Below, piece by piece: positions 62,725 to 64,000 of a stretch of 64,000 bases of DNA. The notes beneath the pieces are model-generated. The model ran no database searches. It saw only the letters and a program-made list of their open reading frames with translations, and had not been told where the DNA came from. Within the stretch, counting starts at the first letter, position 1. Each line of letters starts with the position of its first letter. The DNA is from Phaeosaccion multiseriatum (Eukaryota > Protista > Ochrophyta, other classes). Position numbers and translations under genes: made by a program. Location: assembly GCA_965112735.1 (NCBI GenBank), contig OZ218952.1, positions 5,456,001 through 5,520,000 on the forward strand, in the 5' to 3' direction.

Positions 62725-63603
62725 GAGGGGGGTTCCACACTGACATGCACGTGTGATGGGGGGGGGCAGAAGCCCGGACGTGACGGGTACCATAACACAA
62801 GAATGAAATTGTATATAAACGTATTGTGTAGTGGAAGGAAGGTCCAGAAACGTGACGTCCATCTCAGAAGGCCAGCCAGAGCCGCCAGTCTTCGGGCCTA
62901 CGTGCTTCCACGCCGGGCCTTCTCAGGTGGTGGTCTTGTTTTTGGACTCTGCGTGCCTCTTGTCTGTCTGTCTGTCTACCACTCAGTTCGCTCGTTCGCT
63001 CGCTTGCTCCTCCACGCTCTTTTGCTGCATTGGTGTAACTTTGGTGTGCGTTGGTGTGCCTCACGCTTAACTTGTGTGGTGGGCCGTCAAGGACTATCCA
63101 CTTCACATACACAGTACTAGAACGGAGGGGAGCGGCCGCTTTTCATGTGGAGCCCTTGTCATGTTGTAAGTTGCTGGGCGATGAGTCAGGCAACGTCTTA
63201 GCACCGTAGGAATCACATTGCGGGGTCCGGCCTCTCTCTCCGCTCTAGTCGTATAAATTAATCCATAAACTATAATTGAATTGACAGATGGTATTAAAAC
63301 TTATAATAGGAGAGCTTGCTTGGGTTGTGCTCAAACACATGAAACCATGCAACAAGTAACCTTCCCCCTTACCCTACAACCCCCCCTGGCCCAGACAGTG
63401 TAACCGCCCCCCCCCTCCTCGGTCTTTCCCACTTGGGCCTCTAAGAACCCATTTTTTGCTTACTTGGGGCTCTCAGGGTACCCATTGTTTGCTTACCTGG
63501 GCCTCAGGGTATCTAGTGTTTGCCTACTTCGACCTCAGTTGGGCCCCAGGGTACCCATTACCCATTGTTCGCTTACTTGGGCCTGAGGGTGCCCATTATG
63601 TGC

Positions 63604-64000
63604 TTACTTGGGTCTCAGGGTGTTGATTATCTTGGCTCTATCGTCGTCATACACGTCTTCCCCGAGCCCAATCTTGGGGTTGCTCAGGAACTCGTTCTGA
63701 GGAGGAGGAGGAGGAGGAGGAGGACGAGCAGCAGCAGCAGGAGGAGGAGGGTGAGGAGGACACACACACACACACAGGCACACACACACGCCCAGACAAC
63801 ACGGGCAAACACAAACACACACATACACGCACACCCACACATACACACATATATACACACGCCGACACACATACATACACATACATACACACACCCACAC
63901 ACACACCTGCGCATCGTCGCTCTGATACACACACGAGAGCAGCGGGTTGTCGTCAAGATCGCCCACAAAGGCCCATGTATTCATGCCGTTCTTACACGTG
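63604..64000 (-). CDS. DUF3172-like gene 3' end, copy 4 (runs off the window; may be the intact parent)
   Basis: CKNGMNTWAFVGDLDDNPLLSCVYQSDDAQ followed by NEFLSNPKIGLGEDVYDDDRAKIINTLRPK*. Confidence 0.65.
   Translation of the reverse strand, partial: TCKNGMNTWAFVGDLDDNPLLSCVYQSDDAQVCVWVCVCMCMYVCRRVYICVYVWVCVYVCVCVCPCCLGVCVCLCVCVCPPHPPPPAAAARPPPPPPPPQNEFLSNPKIGLGEDVYDDDRAKIINTLRPK

Larger units (their letters stand above)
18648..64000 (+). repeat. Head-to-tail segmental amplification, 4 units starting at 18648, 32532, 43864 and 54883
   Basis: Each unit begins GGTTGAGACTGTGGTGGCCGG and has the same order: copia relic, promoter zone, LRR-ROC-COR-TIR gene, DUF3172-like 3' exons. The three internal junctions are essentially identical. 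Confidence 0.95.

Overview
GC-rich, intron-rich eukaryotic DNA, most likely from a photosynthetic stramenopile (inferred from bipartite plastid-type presequences, a DUF3172-like gene and Ectocarpus-style LRR-ROCO genes). The left ~18.6 kb holds three housekeeping genes with microsatellite-filled introns: an ITPase, a Ski2/ISE2-like DExH RNA helicase and the AP-3 sigma subunit. From 18648 to the window end there is a head-to-tail amplification of an 11-14 kb unit (4 copies, the last cut by the window edge). Each unit contains a copia RNase H relic, a promoter-proximal zone repeatedly hit by CRE-like (RLE-endonuclease) retroelements and MITEs, one LRR-ROC-COR-TIR gene, and the 3' exons of a DUF3172-like gene. 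The main feature is the sensor region of the four receptor-like genes. Each LRR is its own phase-1, 72-bp exon, separated by ~70-100-bp introns that share a near-invariant dyad motif. The paralogs carry 15, 14, 16 and 6 LRR exons, with recognisable cassettes in permuted order, chimeric exons and hypervariable beta-strand residues, all fused to a Roc GTPase and a TIR domain that keeps the NADase-type glutamate. This is a candidate cassette-shuffled immune receptor array. No recombinase or complete reverse transcriptase is present in the window. Exon boundaries were read by eye and are unverified by transcripts.
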